From an uncultured delta proteobacterium (GTDB taxonomy: Bacteria > Myxococcota > Myxococcia > Myxococcales > Myxococcaceae), in assembly GCA_963713045.1 (NCBI GenBank), contig CAVQKE010000001.1:320001-384000 (forward strand): a stretch of DNA of 64,000 nt, written 5' to 3'. Below, piece by piece: positions 49,007 through 59,068 of the stretch; within the stretch, counting starts at the first letter, position 1; each line of letters starts with the position of its first letter. Made by a program: the position numbers and the translations under genes. The notes beneath the pieces were generated by a model that was not told the DNA's origin, did no database searches, and saw only the letters and a program-made list of their open reading frames with translations.

Positions 49007-49152
49007 GCCTCCCCTTGTCGATGCCGGTTGTAGCCTGACGGTGCTGGGGCTGCGGGGAGAATGTTGTCAGGGCTTGTTCCTCGCCACGCCGCGTCGGAGG
49101 CAATTTGAGGCTGGCGACTGCCGACTGGGGGAGGGGCCGTGGAGGCGCCGCT

Positions 49153-49623
49153 TCAGAGGTGTCCTGACGCCGGATGACGCCTCTTGGGCCAGCGGGCAAA
49201 GAGAATTCGGTCCAAGGACACTGCTCCGGCACCGGCCACCACCAGCCACAGGAAGCAGGCAAAATAGGTGAATTCGTTGAAGCCAAAGAGCGTGGCCAGC
49301 CCATCAACCTCGCCTCGCTTTGCCGTCAGGATGGCGACCAGCATGCTGAACGCCATCGGGAGGGCGGCAAGCCGAGTGAAGAGGCCGACCAGTAGAAGCG
49401 TCCCCCCGACCAACTCGACCGTCGAGACGACGACGGCGTTCAGGCCCGGCATGGGGATTCCCAACTCGGTGAAGTACGCGGTGATTTTGGGCAAGTCATG
49501 AAGCTTGCCCCACCCGGTGACCATGAACACTGCGGCGAGCGAAATCCGAACCAGCAGTGGACCCAGCCACGCCAGCCGGTTGGCCAATGCCAGAGCGCGG
49601 GAAAGCAGTGTTTCGAAAGACAT
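49153..49623 (-). CDS. DoxX family membrane protein
   Basis: TGWGKL, ELVGG..LLVGLFTR and GAGAVSLD motifs. Confidence 0.92.
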   Translation of the reverse strand: MSFETLLSRALALANRLAWLGPLLVRISLAAVFMVTGWGKLHDLPKITAYFTELGIPMPGLNAVVVSTVELVGGTLLLVGLFTRLAALPMAFSMLVAILTAKRGEVDGLATLFGFNEFTYFACFLWLVVAGAGAVSLDRILFARWPKRRHPASGHL

Positions 49624-49660
49624 GGAAGGCCTCTACGGGTGGGGGTGTCGCGTCACGGAA

Positions 49661-49687
49661 GACGGTTCAGTCCCGGCCGGGGTTACA
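49661..49687 (-). promoter_or_regulatory. ECF-sigma-type promoter TGTAACC-N16-CGTC upstream of doxX
   Basis: Minus strand reads TGTAACC, 16 nt, CGTC, ending 37 nt before the ATG. Confidence 0.6.
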
Positions 49688-49848
49688 AGCCCCAGGGGAG
49701 CGTCACGCCAACCGACGGCTGTTACGGCTGTTCGCCTGTCGCCAAGCGGCTTTCCGCCCGGGCTGGCTGGGGCCCGCACCGAGGGAGGGCCTCTTGGGCG
49801 GACCTCTCTTTGGCGGGCTCTTCGCCCGGCAACGGGACGACTCGACGC

Positions 49849-49883
49849 CAAAGCAACGAGGCTCGCCAAGGGGCGAGCCTCGT
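49849..49883 (-). terminator. Probable intrinsic terminator of the SWIB gene
   Basis: Perfect 12-bp stem (49856-49867 with 49872-49883), 4-nt loop, then TGCTTT on the minus strand. Confidence 0.7.
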
Positions 49884-49938
49884 CCTGGTTATGAGCTGCG
49901 CGGGCCCGGCGAGGGAATCGCCCCCGGTGAGACCGTCA

Positions 49939-50244
49939 TCAGCTGAGGTGCTTGTTGACCAGCTTGGTCATCTCGAACATCGAGACCTGCTTCTTGCCGC
50001 CGAAGACGACCCTCAGCTTGTCGTCGGCGTTAATCATCCGCCTCTCCTTTGCGTCCTGGAGGTTGTTCTTGCGGATGTAGGCCCACAGCTTCTTGACCAC
50101 CTCGGTGCGCGGAACCGGCTTACTGCCAATCACCTCGGCCAAATCCTTGGAAGGCATCATCTCCTTCATGAAGGCGGCGTTCGGCTTGCGCTTGGTGCCA
50201 GAGGCCTTCTTTGCGCTCTTCTTGGCGGGCTTCTTAGCGGCCAT
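49939..50244 (-). CDS. Stand-alone SWIB/MDM2 domain protein with a Lys/Ala-rich N-tail
   Basis: PRTEVVKKLWAYIRKNNLQD..INADDKL..MFEMTK; GGAGGAG RBS. Confidence 0.93.
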   Translation of the reverse strand: MAAKKPAKKSAKKASGTKRKPNAAFMKEMMPSKDLAEVIGSKPVPRTEVVKKLWAYIRKNNLQDAKERRMINADDKLRVVFGGKKQVSMFEMTKLVNKHLS

Positions 50245-50389
50245 TCGTTCGCAGTCTCCTCCCCGCTCGGGGGACGTTAGGGCTTCGTGTCCGAAGCCAG
50301 CGGCGTGACTATCAGGTTTCAGAGGGGAAAACACGAGCTACAGAGGTAATTTCCCCTCTGGGAGGCGACGGGAGGGGCGGGGTGAATCC

Positions 50390-51361
50390 ATGCACGCGCT
50401 GATTACCGGAGCGGGGGGCTTCGTTGGGCAAGCCTTGGCCCGAAGGGTCGCCGCGTCCGGACATCGCGTGCGAGGGCTGCTGCGAGGCCCTCTGCCACCC
50501 CAACCCTGGGGGGAGGCTTTGGAGTGGGTCACCGGTGACGTCACCCAGCCGGCGTCCTTGGAGTCGGCCCTGTCCGGTGTTGACGTCGTCTTTCACCTCG
50601 CCGGAATCCGCCGAGCACCGCTGCGCAGCGCCTTCTTTCAGGTGAATGCCGAGGGCACGCGGACGGTATGTGACGCGTCGTGGCGCTCCGGAGTGCGGCG
50701 TCTGGTGCTCGCCAGTTCGCTCGCCGCGGTGGGGCCCTCCCGCCCGGAGCGGCCGCACGTCGAGTCCGACCCTTTCCGCCCCGAGGAGTGGTATGGCGAG
50801 AGCAAGGCGGAGGCCGAGCGGATTGCGCTGCAGCCGCGCGGGGCCCTGGAGGTGACGGTGGCGCGGCCGCCCCGCATCTTGGGGCCCGCGGACCGGGAAA
50901 ACCTGGTCTTCTTCAAGCTCATCCGCCGAGGGCTCCGCCTCTCCATCGCCGGAGGGCCTCGGCCGTTGTCGGTGGTGGACGTGGACGACGTGGTCGACTT
51001 TCTCGTGCTGCTGGCCGAGCGCCCGGAAGCGGTGGGGGAGGCCTTCTTCTGCCCTGCTCCGGGAACGACCACCTTGGAAGACATCCAGGAGCAAGGCGCC
51101 GCAACGCTGGGCGTCCATCTCCGGACGCTCCGGCTCTCTCCTTCCCTGCTGCGGGCGTTGGCGACGGCGGCGGATGGCGTGTCGCGCATCACCGGGCGGT
51201 CTCTGCCGCTCAACCGAAAGTTGGCGAAGCAGCTTCTGGCTCCAGCCTGGACCTGCAGTGGAGAAAAAGCCGCGGGCCGACTCGGGTGGCGACCCCGGGT
51301 GAGCATCCAGGACTCGATTGCCCGAAGCGCTCGGTGGTATTTGTCCGAGGGTTGGCTATGA
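50390..51361 (+). CDS. elbA: NAD-dependent epimerase/dehydratase (ElbA-like by position)
   Basis: [12 protein letters not shown] and YGESK; first gene of the elb-like operon. The symbol is positional. Confidence 0.8.
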   Translation: MHALITGAGGFVGQALARRVAASGHRVRGLLRGPLPPQPWGEALEWVTGDVTQPASLESALSGVDVVFHLAGIRRAPLRSAFFQVNAEGTRTVCDASWRSGVRRLVLASSLAAVGPSRPERPHVESDPFRPEEWYGESKAEAERIALQPRGALEVTVARPPRILGPADRENLVFFKLIRRGLRLSIAGGPRPLSVVDVDDVVDFLVLLAERPEAVGEAFFCPAPGTTTLEDIQEQGAATLGVHLRTLRLSPSLLRALATAADGVSRITGRSLPLNRKLAKQLLAPAWTCSGEKAAGRLGWRPRVSIQDSIARSARWYLSEGWL

Positions 51362-52023
51362 CCGCCAAGGCCGCGTTCTACGACGTCGATGGAACGCTGG
51401 TGAAAACCAACATCGTTCACACCTACGCTTACTATGCGATGAACCGAGGCTCGCTCTCGGGCATCGCCGGGCGGACGCTTGCCGCTGCTGCGCAGGTGCC
51501 TCTCTACGCCGCGCTCGACCTAGTCAACCGCAAGTGGTTCAACGAGTACTTTTACCGAGCCTACGCCGGTCTCAGTGAGGACCGGCTGGTGGTCCTCGGA
51601 GAGGAGATGTTGGAGGAAGTGCTCAAGCCGGCTGTCTTCCCGAAGGCCCAAGACCTCATCGACGAGGCCCGGCGAGCCGGCTGTCGCATCGTCTTCATCA
51701 CCGGCGCATTGGACTTCACGGTTGTACCCCTGGCGCGGCTCCTCGGCGCCGATGACGTCATCGCCAACAAGATGCAATTCGTTGGCGGAATCGCCACCGG
51801 CAAGGTGATTCCTCCCATTATTGAAGGAGCCAACAAGGCCCACGCCATCCGGGACTACTGCGTCAAACATGGGCTGGCCCTGGACCAGAGCTTTGCCTAT
51901 TCGGATAGCTTCTCCGACTACGCCATGCTGGCCATGGTGGGACGCCCCACTGCGGTGAACCCCGACGTTCGGTTACGGTCGGTTGCGCGCGCCTACCACT
52001 GGCCAGTGCTCGACTTGAGGTGA
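51358..52023 (+). CDS. elbB: HAD-IB family hydrolase (ElbB-like by position)
   Basis: [13 protein letters not shown] and AYSDSFSD motifs; ATGA overlap. Confidence 0.85.
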   Translation: MTAKAAFYDVDGTLVKTNIVHTYAYYAMNRGSLSGIAGRTLAAAAQVPLYAALDLVNRKWFNEYFYRAYAGLSEDRLVVLGEEMLEEVLKPAVFPKAQDLIDEARRAGCRIVFITGALDFTVVPLARLLGADDVIANKMQFVGGIATGKVIPPIIEGANKAHAIRDYCVKHGLALDQSFAYSDSFSDYAMLAMVGRPTAVNPDVRLRSVARAYHWPVLDLR

Positions 52024-52024
52024 C

Positions 52025-53638
52025 ATGCGTCCGCTGAAGACATTGAAGCGGCTCTACGACGAGAACAACCAGGTCGTGGTGACCGAGAAGGGCAGCCCGC
52101 CACGCATCATCTTCCACGGCGAGGACTTCCTGCTCGAAGACCTGCCGCTTGGCACGCGGGTCATCTTCGCGCGCTTGCCATTGCAGCCAGTCCCCAACCC
52201 CAAGGCCGCCATCCGCTGGGCGCTCAATCACCCGGAGGGAATGGAGCCGCTGCATGCCCTTCTCCGGCCCGGAATGAAGGTGACCATCGCCCTGGACGAC
52301 ATCTCGCTGCCGCTACCACCGATGGTCACTCCCGACGCCCGGCAGACGGTGCTGGAGATTGTGCTCGAACTGTTGGCCGACTCCGGGGTGGATGACGTCC
52401 ATCTGGTGGTCGCCAATGCACTGCACCGGAGGATGACCGACGCCGAAATGAAGCGGATGGTGGGGGAGAAAATCTTCACCGCCTTCCACCCCGACCGCTA
52501 CTACAACCACGATGCGGAAGACCCGGATGGGATGCTGGAGTTGGAGCGAACCGCCCACGGTGAAGTGGTGGCCATCAACCGCCGCGCGGCAGAGAGCGAC
52601 CTGCTCATCTACGTCAACATCAACCTGGTCCCGATGGACGGCGGCCACAAGTCGGTGGGGACCGGTCTGGCCAACTACGAAAGCCTCCGGGCACACCACA
52701 ACCCGAAAACCATCCGCGAGTCAGAGAGCTACATGGAGCCGAGCACGAGCGCGCTCCACCGCAGCACCGAGCGCATCGGACGGGTCATCGACCAACACCT
52801 CAAGGTGTTCCACATCGAAACCGTCCTCAACAACCGGATGTTTGATGGGCCCACCGCCTTTTTGGGAAAGCGGGAAGAGGACTTCACCGAGGTGGACCGG
52901 CTCAAATTCCAGGCGCTCCGCTATACCCTCTCCAAGCTGCCGCGGGTGGCCAAGCGCAAACTGATGATGTCGGTGCCGGCGCCCTACGACATCATCTCGG
53001 TCAACGCCGGGGCCACCGAGCCCTGCCATGAGAAGACGCTCGAGGCCTGCTGGCGGCAGTACAGCGTGCCAGTGCAAGGCCAGAGTGACATCGTCATCTG
53101 GGGAGTGCCCTACATCTCTCCCTACAACGTCAACTCCATCCTCAATCCGCTGCTGGTCCAGGTGATGGGGCTGGGGTACCTATTCAACCTGAACCGCGGC
53201 ATTCCGCTGGTGAGGAAGGGCGGCGTGGTCATCCTCTGTCACCCGGCCTACGACGAATTCGACCCTGAGCACCACCCCAGTTACATCGAATTCTTCAACC
53301 GGCTGCTCCCTGAAACCCGCGACGCGATGGTGCTGGAACACAAATACGAGAGGGAATTCGCCACCAATCCCTCCTACGTGCACCTGTACCGCAAGGGGAA
53401 TGCCTACCACGGCGCCCATCCCTTCTACATGTGGTACTGGGGCGAAAATGGCCGGCAGCACGTCGGCAAAGTCATCGTCGCCGGCGCGGAAAACAACCAT
53501 GTGCCAGAGCTTCTCGGCTGGGAACGGACGGACACGCTGGCGGAGGCCATCGACTTGGCCCGAGGCGTCATGGGACGCAGCGCCTCCATCACGCTGGTGA
53601 AGTCGACCCCCATTCTCCAGACCGACGTCCGCCTCTAG
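52025..53638 (+). CDS. elbC: Lactate racemase (LarA/DUF2088)-domain protein (ElbC-like by position)
   Basis: [14 protein letters not shown] and GGHKS resemble the LarA N-terminal domain. Confidence 0.8.
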   Translation: MRPLKTLKRLYDENNQVVVTEKGSPPRIIFHGEDFLLEDLPLGTRVIFARLPLQPVPNPKAAIRWALNHPEGMEPLHALLRPGMKVTIALDDISLPLPPMVTPDARQTVLEIVLELLADSGVDDVHLVVANALHRRMTDAEMKRMVGEKIFTAFHPDRYYNHDAEDPDGMLELERTAHGEVVAINRRAAESDLLIYVNINLVPMDGGHKSVGTGLANYESLRAHHNPKTIRESESYMEPSTSALHRSTERIGRVIDQHLKVFHIETVLNNRMFDGPTAFLGKREEDFTEVDRLKFQALRYTLSKLPRVAKRKLMMSVPAPYDIISVNAGATEPCHEKTLEACWRQYSVPVQGQSDIVIWGVPYISPYNVNSILNPLLVQVMGLGYLFNLNRGIPLVRKGGVVILCHPAYDEFDPEHHPSYIEFFNRLLPETRDAMVLEHKYEREFATNPSYVHLYRKGNAYHGAHPFYMWYWGENGRQHVGKVIVAGAENNHVPELLGWERTDTLAEAIDLARGVMGRSASITLVKSTPILQTDVRL

Positions 53639-53660
53639 ACTGCGAGGGCCGCGCAACACC

Positions 53661-56600
53661 ATGGTCGAACCCGCCCCGCTCGACGTCGCCCAAGTCCTGA
53701 CTGGCAAGCATCTGCTGTTCGCCGGCAGCAGCGGCTTCGTCGGTAAGGTGGCCCTTTCCCTGCTCTTGCACCGCTATGGGCAGCAGTTGTCCCGGGTGTC
53801 GGTGGTGGTTCGGCGTGGCTCTTCGGTCTCCGCCGAGTCGCGCTTCTTCGACAAGTTGCTGCCAGGGGAGCCCTTCCGCCCGTTGCGTGAGGAGCTGGGG
53901 GACAGCGCTGCCGAGGCCTTCGTCCGCTCACGGGTCCAAGTGCTGGAGGGGGACGTCACCGACGCCAGCTTTGGCCTGTCGGAGGAGAGGCTGGCGTCGC
54001 TCCGCGGCTCGGTGTCCGCCATCCTTAACTGCGCCGGACTGGTTTCCTTCAGCCCCTCGCTGGAGGTAGGCCTCAAGGTCAACACCCTGGGCGTCCAAAA
54101 TGCGGTCGACCTGGCGCTGCGCCTGGAGGTGCCACTGGTTCACGTCTCGACGGCCTTCGTCGCCGGCAACCGTTCGGGCCTGGTTTTCGAGGACGAGGAC
54201 ATCATCGGCTACTTCCCCAAGCGGGGGGAGCTGGATGGGCGGGACTTTTCGCTTCAGCGCGAGCTCGCCGACTGTCGCGAGGAGGTCAGCCGGCTGCGCA
54301 GCAAGGCGGAGGACGCTGCGCTGACGGCCGTCTTCCGCCGGCGGGCCATTGAAAGGCTGGAATACGAGGGACGCGACGCCGGTGACGAGAAGGCGGTCCG
54401 GCTGGCGGTGGGGCGTGAGCGGAAGTTGTGGCTGACGCAGAAGCTGGTGGACGCCGGCATGGACCGGGCGCGCCAGTGGGGATGGCCCAACACCTACACC
54501 TACACCAAGTCCCTGGGCGAGCAGGTGATGGCCGGTACGCCCGGGCTGCGCTACGCCATCGTCCGGCCGAGCATTGTGGAGAGTGCGCTGCAGTACCCCT
54601 TTCCGGGCTGGAATGAGGGCTTCACGACCTCCGCGCCGCTGGCCTACGCCGGGCTGAAGGGCCAGCGCAGCCTCCCCACCGGCGAGCACACCATCCTGGA
54701 CATCGTCCCCGTGGACTTGGTGGCCGCTTCCCTCATCGCCATCACCGCCCACACGCTGACGACGCGTGAGCGGCGCGTCTACCACCAGGCCTCAGGCGAC
54801 GTAAATCCGCTTTATGCGGCCCGTTCCTCGGAGCTGGTGGGCCTCTACCGCCGGCGCTTCTTCCGCAACAAGTCCACCGGCAGCAAGGTGTGGAATGAAG
54901 TGCAGAGTCGGCTCGAGCCGCGTGCGGTCAGCAAACGGGCCTTTCAGCTTCGCTCGACACCGCTGTTTGCAACCGGAGCGAGGCTACTGCGTGAAACGCT
55001 GGAGCGCGTTCAGCCACAGTGGGGAGCTCCGCGCGTCTCGGCGATGCTGGAGCGGGCCCAGGACCGGCTGTTGGACGTCGAGGAGCAGGCTCGCTCGTTC
55101 TCCGCCCTGGTGGAGCTCTTCCTCCCCTTCATCTGGGACAACCATTACGTCTTTCGCTGCGACAACACGCGCTCCGTCTACCGGCGTCTTTTGCCCGAGG
55201 ACGCGGCGCGGCTTCCCTGGCACCCGGAGGCGATTGACTGGCGACAGTACTTTTTGGACGTCCACTTGCCGGGCCTCGAAAAATGGGTGTTTCCGGCGTT
55301 GGAAGAGGAGCGCGAGCGGCGCACCGCCATCCACGCCCACCGCGACTTGCTCGAGCTGTTTGACGCCTCGGTTCGGGCCCACCGCCACCGGGTCGCCTTC
55401 CGCTTGGTCGAGGGCGAGCGCGAGGAGCGCTTCACCTATGGCGAAACGGCGCGCTGGACGGCACGGGTGGGAAGCTTCCTCGCCCGGGCCGGCGTGGCGC
55501 CCCGGACGCGGGTGCTGTTGGTCAGCGAAAACCGGCCCGAGTGGGCCTTCGCTTACTTTGGCATTTTGAGGGCTGGGGCGACGGTGGTGCCCGTCGACGC
55601 CGCCTCCAGCGAGGCGGAGACGGTCAACATCGCCCGACGCTCAGAAGCCCGGGCGGTCCTGCTTTCGGAGAATGCGGCTCGGGATTTGCCCGGCCTCTTC
55701 AAGGCGCTCGCCGATGCCGGGCTGTCGACGCAGGTTTTTACCTTGGCGCAGGCGATGGAAGGCGACGGCACGGCCCCGGACCACATCGCGCCTCTCGGCA
55801 AGTCCACCGCGCCAGACGACGTCGCGTCCCTGATTTTCACCAGCGGCACAACCGGACGGCCGAAGGGGGTGATGCTCACCCACCGCAACTTCGCCTCGCT
55901 GGTGCCGAAACTGGCCGGCTCGTTCGACTTTGGCGTCGGGGATGGACTGCTCTCGGTGCTGCCGCTGCACCACACCTTTGAGTTCTCCGCTGGCCTACTG
56001 ACGCCCTTCAGCCGCGGGGCGGAAATTACCTACCTCGACGAGCTCACCACCGACCGGTTGGGCGACGTCTTCGAAACCGGTCGCATCACGGCGATGATTG
56101 GGGTGCCGGCGCTGTGGTCGCTGCTGCATCGAAAAATCACCCAGGAGTTTGCGGCCAAGCCCGCCCTGGTGGAACAGGCCCTGCGCGGGCTGATGAGTGC
56201 CCACGGCGAGCTGCGGAACCGCCGCAACATCAACCTGGGCAAGCTGCTTTTCTGGCCCATTCACCGGCGCTTCGGCGGCCGCATCAAGTTTCTGGTGAGT
56301 GGCGGCTCGGCGCTGCCAGACGAAGTCCATCAGGCATTCCACGCACTGGGCTTTGACTTGAGTGAGGGCTACGGGCTGACGGAAGCCGCGCCCGTCCTGA
56401 CGGTGGCCGCCGCAGCAAACCGGCGCAGCCCGGGAAACGTGGGCAAGGCGCTGCCCGGCATCGAAGTCAAAATCCACAACCCCGACGCCGACGGCGTGGG
56501 AGAGGTGTGGGCCCGTGGCCCAAGCGTCATGGCCGGCTACTTTGGAGACCGCGAGGCCACCGACTCCACTCTCATCGACGGCTGGCTGCGCACCGGCGAC

Positions 56601-58043
56601 GTGGGCCGGCTCGACGGCGAGGGGCGCCTGAGCCTGCTCGGCCGCGAGAAGGACGTCATCATCGACGCCGGTGGGAAGAACGTGTACCCGGATGAGCTGG
56701 AGGAACTCTACGCCGCCCACCCCCGGGTGAAGGAATTGTCCATCGTCGGACTACCGGACGACAGCGGCGCGGAGCGAGTCGCCTGCCTCTGCGTTCCGGA
56801 TTACGCAGACCGGCGGCGCGGGGAGGTGCGGGCCGAGTTGGAGGAGCACTTTCGCGCCGTCTCCGCCGACCTCCCCTTCCACCGGCGCGTCAAGGTGTTG
56901 CGCTTCTGGGAAGGGGAGCTTCCGCGCACCAGCACCAAGAAAGTGAGGCGGCCAGAAGTCCTGGGGGAGCTGCAGCGCCTCGAGAAGCTGGCCTCCAGCA
57001 GAGAGCGGGTCCGCACCGCTCCGCGAGCCACCGGTTGGCTCGAGGCCCTGGTGGCGGAGGTGGTGGGCCGTTCCATCGCGGAGGTGACTTCTGCCTCGCG
57101 TCTGGTGGCCGACCTCGGGTTTGACTCGCTGTTACTGACTGAGCTCTCGGTGGCCTTGGAAACGGCCGGCGTCCCGGTTCGCGATGTCAGCGACCTCAGT
57201 GGGCTACAGACGGTGGATGACTTACGCCGGTTGGTGGCTGCCTCGGGTCGGCGGGGACGGGAACCGGAGCCAGTGGACGTCGCCACCGAAGCCAACGCCC
57301 GGGAAATTCCGGTCCCGGCCCCGGTGGCCTCCTTGGGCCGGACGCTGCTTTCCTTTGGCCAGAAGGTTCTCTACGGCGGCCTCTTCGAAGTGCAGGTCAC
57401 CGGTCAGGCCTTCATCCCCCAAAACCGCAACGTGCTGGTCATCGCCAACCACAGCAGTCACTTGGACATGGGGCTGGTGAAAACCGTGCTCGGCGAGCAA
57501 GGCCAAAGGCTGGCCGCCCTGGCTGCACGGGACTACTTCTTCGACACTCCCCTCAAACGGGCCTACTTCGAAAATTTTACCAACCTCATCCCCATGGACC
57601 GGCACGGAAGCCTGCGCGAGTCGCTCCGGCTGGCGGGCGAGGCGCTGCAGCAGGGTTACCACCTGCTTATTTTTCCCGAAGGTACCCGGTCGGTGAACGG
57701 CGTCCTCCAGGAATTCAAGCCCACCCTGGGCTACTTGGCGCTCAGCTACGACGTGGACGTCCTGCCGCTTTACATTGAGGGAACCCATGCCGCCCTCCCC
57801 AAGGGCGCCATGTTTCCGAAGCGCAAGCCGTTGAACGTCCGCATCGGGCCTCCGCTGCTGGTGAGCGAGCTGAAGCGCCGGACGCAAGGGCTGGCCCGAA
57901 GTGAGAGCTACCGGGTGGTGACGCGGATTGCGGAGCAGGCGGTGCGTGCGCTGCAGAACCACACCGTCTTCGACTTGGAAGCCCAGGCCGAGTTGGTGGC
58001 CCCAACCACCCGCCGCTCCAGCGGCGGGGGCTCCGAGTCGTGA
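53661..58043 (+). CDS. elbD: Multifunctional ether-lipid enzyme: fatty acyl reductase, acyl-CoA ligase, ACP and PlsC acyltransferase domains
   Basis: GSSGFVG and YTYTK (FAR); FTSGTTGRPKG and GYGLTE (adenylation); LGFDSL (ACP); NHSSHLD and FPEGTRS (PlsC). Confidence 0.92.
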   Translation: MVEPAPLDVAQVLTGKHLLFAGSSGFVGKVALSLLLHRYGQQLSRVSVVVRRGSSVSAESRFFDKLLPGEPFRPLREELGDSAAEAFVRSRVQVLEGDVTDASFGLSEERLASLRGSVSAILNCAGLVSFSPSLEVGLKVNTLGVQNAVDLALRLEVPLVHVSTAFVAGNRSGLVFEDEDIIGYFPKRGELDGRDFSLQRELADCREEVSRLRSKAEDAALTAVFRRRAIERLEYEGRDAGDEKAVRLAVGRERKLWLTQKLVDAGMDRARQWGWPNTYTYTKSLGEQVMAGTPGLRYAIVRPSIVESALQYPFPGWNEGFTTSAPLAYAGLKGQRSLPTGEHTILDIVPVDLVAASLIAITAHTLTTRERRVYHQASGDVNPLYAARSSELVGLYRRRFFRNKSTGSKVWNEVQSRLEPRAVSKRAFQLRSTPLFATGARLLRETLERVQPQWGAPRVSAMLERAQDRLLDVEEQARSFSALVELFLPFIWDNHYVFRCDNTRSVYRRLLPEDAARLPWHPEAIDWRQYFLDVHLPGLEKWVFPALEEERERRTAIHAHRDLLELFDASVRAHRHRVAFRLVEGEREERFTYGETARWTARVGSFLARAGVAPRTRVLLVSENRPEWAFAYFGILRAGATVVPVDAASSEAETVNIARRSEARAVLLSENAARDLPGLFKALADAGLSTQVFTLAQAMEGDGTAPDHIAPLGKSTAPDDVASLIFTSGTTGRPKGVMLTHRNFASLVPKLAGSFDFGVGDGLLSVLPLHHTFEFSAGLLTPFSRGAEITYLDELTTDRLGDVFETGRITAMIGVPALWSLLHRKITQEFAAKPALVEQALRGLMSAHGELRNRRNINLGKLLFWPIHRRFGGRIKFLVSGGSALPDEVHQAFHALGFDLSEGYGLTEAAPVLTVAAAANRRSPGNVGKALPGIEVKIHNPDADGVGEVWARGPSVMAGYFGDREATDSTLIDGWLRTGDVGRLDGEGRLSLLGREKDVIIDAGGKNVYPDELEELYAAHPRVKELSIVGLPDDSGAERVACLCVPDYADRRRGEVRAELEEHFRAVSADLPFHRRVKVLRFWEGELPRTSTKKVRRPEVLGELQRLEKLASSRERVRTAPRATGWLEALVAEVVGRSIAEVTSASRLVADLGFDSLLLTELSVALETAGVPVRDVSDLSGLQTVDDLRRLVAASGRRGREPEPVDVATEANAREIPVPAPVASLGRTLLSFGQKVLYGGLFEVQVTGQAFIPQNRNVLVIANHSSHLDMGLVKTVLGEQGQRLAALAARDYFFDTPLKRAYFENFTNLIPMDRHGSLRESLRLAGEALQQGYHLLIFPEGTRSVNGVLQEFKPTLGYLALSYDVDVLPLYIEGTHAALPKGAMFPKRKPLNVRIGPPLLVSELKRRTQGLARSESYRVVTRIAEQAVRALQNHTVFDLEAQAELVAPTTRRSSGGGSES

Positions 58044-59068
58044 ACGTCCTCGTCACCGGGGCCACCGGCTTTCTTGGCACAGCGGTGGTGCGGCAGCTGG
58101 CGGAGGCTGGACACCGGGTGCGGATGGTGGGCCGTCACCCACCGCTTCCGGAGTTGTTGGCACTGGGAGAGTTTCGCGAGCTGGACCTCCAGGAAGCGGC
58201 CGCCATCCGTCCGGCGTTGGCGGGGATGGATGCGCTGCTTCATCTCGCCGGACGCGTCTCGTTCGACCCTCGCGACGGGCGGGCCATGTACCGGCTGCAC
58301 GTGGACGCCACCCGCGCCCTGCTGGAGGAGATTCGGGCCAACGGCGGCATCGGTCGGCTGGTGCTCGCCTCGACCAGTGGTACCACCGCCGTCTCCAAGA
58401 CGCAGCGCACCGGAAGCGAAGAGGACACTGCCCCGCTCGACGTCATCGGCCGCTGGCCCTACTACCTTTCCAAGGTTTACGAGGAGCGGCTGACGCTCGA
58501 CTTCTGCCGCAAGCACGCCATTCCCTTGGTGGTCTGCAACCCAAGCCTGCTGCTCGGGCCGGGAGACACCCGGCTCTCCTCCACCTGGACGGTGGCCAAG
58601 TTTCTGCAGAGGGACTTGCCGGCCATGCCCAATGGGGGCATGTGCTTCGTCGACGTGCGCGACGCCGCGGCCGCCTTCGTCGCCGCACTGAGCCGCGGCG
58701 AGCTGTACGGAAAGCATCTGCTGGGCGTCAACCTCTCGATGGCCGACTTCTTCCAGCGCCTAGAGCGCCTCTCCGGCGTGCCAGCGCCCCGGCTGAGGCT
58801 GCCCTCAAGAGTGAATGTCCTCGGCGCACAGCTGCTCGAGCGCTTGGCCAAGGCGCGCGGACGAGAGCCCGCGCTGGATGCGGCCAGCGTGGAAATCGCG
58901 GAGCACTGGTTTTGGGTGGACAGCCGCAAGGCCGAGCAGCTGCTTAGTTTTCACGCGCGAGACGTGCACGAGACGCTGCTCGACACGGTGACGGACCTCA
59001 TTCAGCGGATGCCGGAGCAATCCTGGCCAGGGACCAAAGGCCGCCTGGCCGAGCTGCGGCGGGAGTGA
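58040..59068 (+). CDS. elbE: NAD-dependent epimerase/dehydratase (ElbE-like by position)
   Basis: TGATGFLG, HLAG and YYLSK; GTGA overlap with elbD. Confidence 0.85.
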   Translation: MNVLVTGATGFLGTAVVRQLAEAGHRVRMVGRHPPLPELLALGEFRELDLQEAAAIRPALAGMDALLHLAGRVSFDPRDGRAMYRLHVDATRALLEEIRANGGIGRLVLASTSGTTAVSKTQRTGSEEDTAPLDVIGRWPYYLSKVYEERLTLDFCRKHAIPLVVCNPSLLLGPGDTRLSSTWTVAKFLQRDLPAMPNGGMCFVDVRDAAAAFVAALSRGELYGKHLLGVNLSMADFFQRLERLSGVPAPRLRLPSRVNVLGAQLLERLAKARGREPALDAASVEIAEHWFWVDSRKAEQLLSFHARDVHETLLDTVTDLIQRMPEQSWPGTKGRLAELRRE

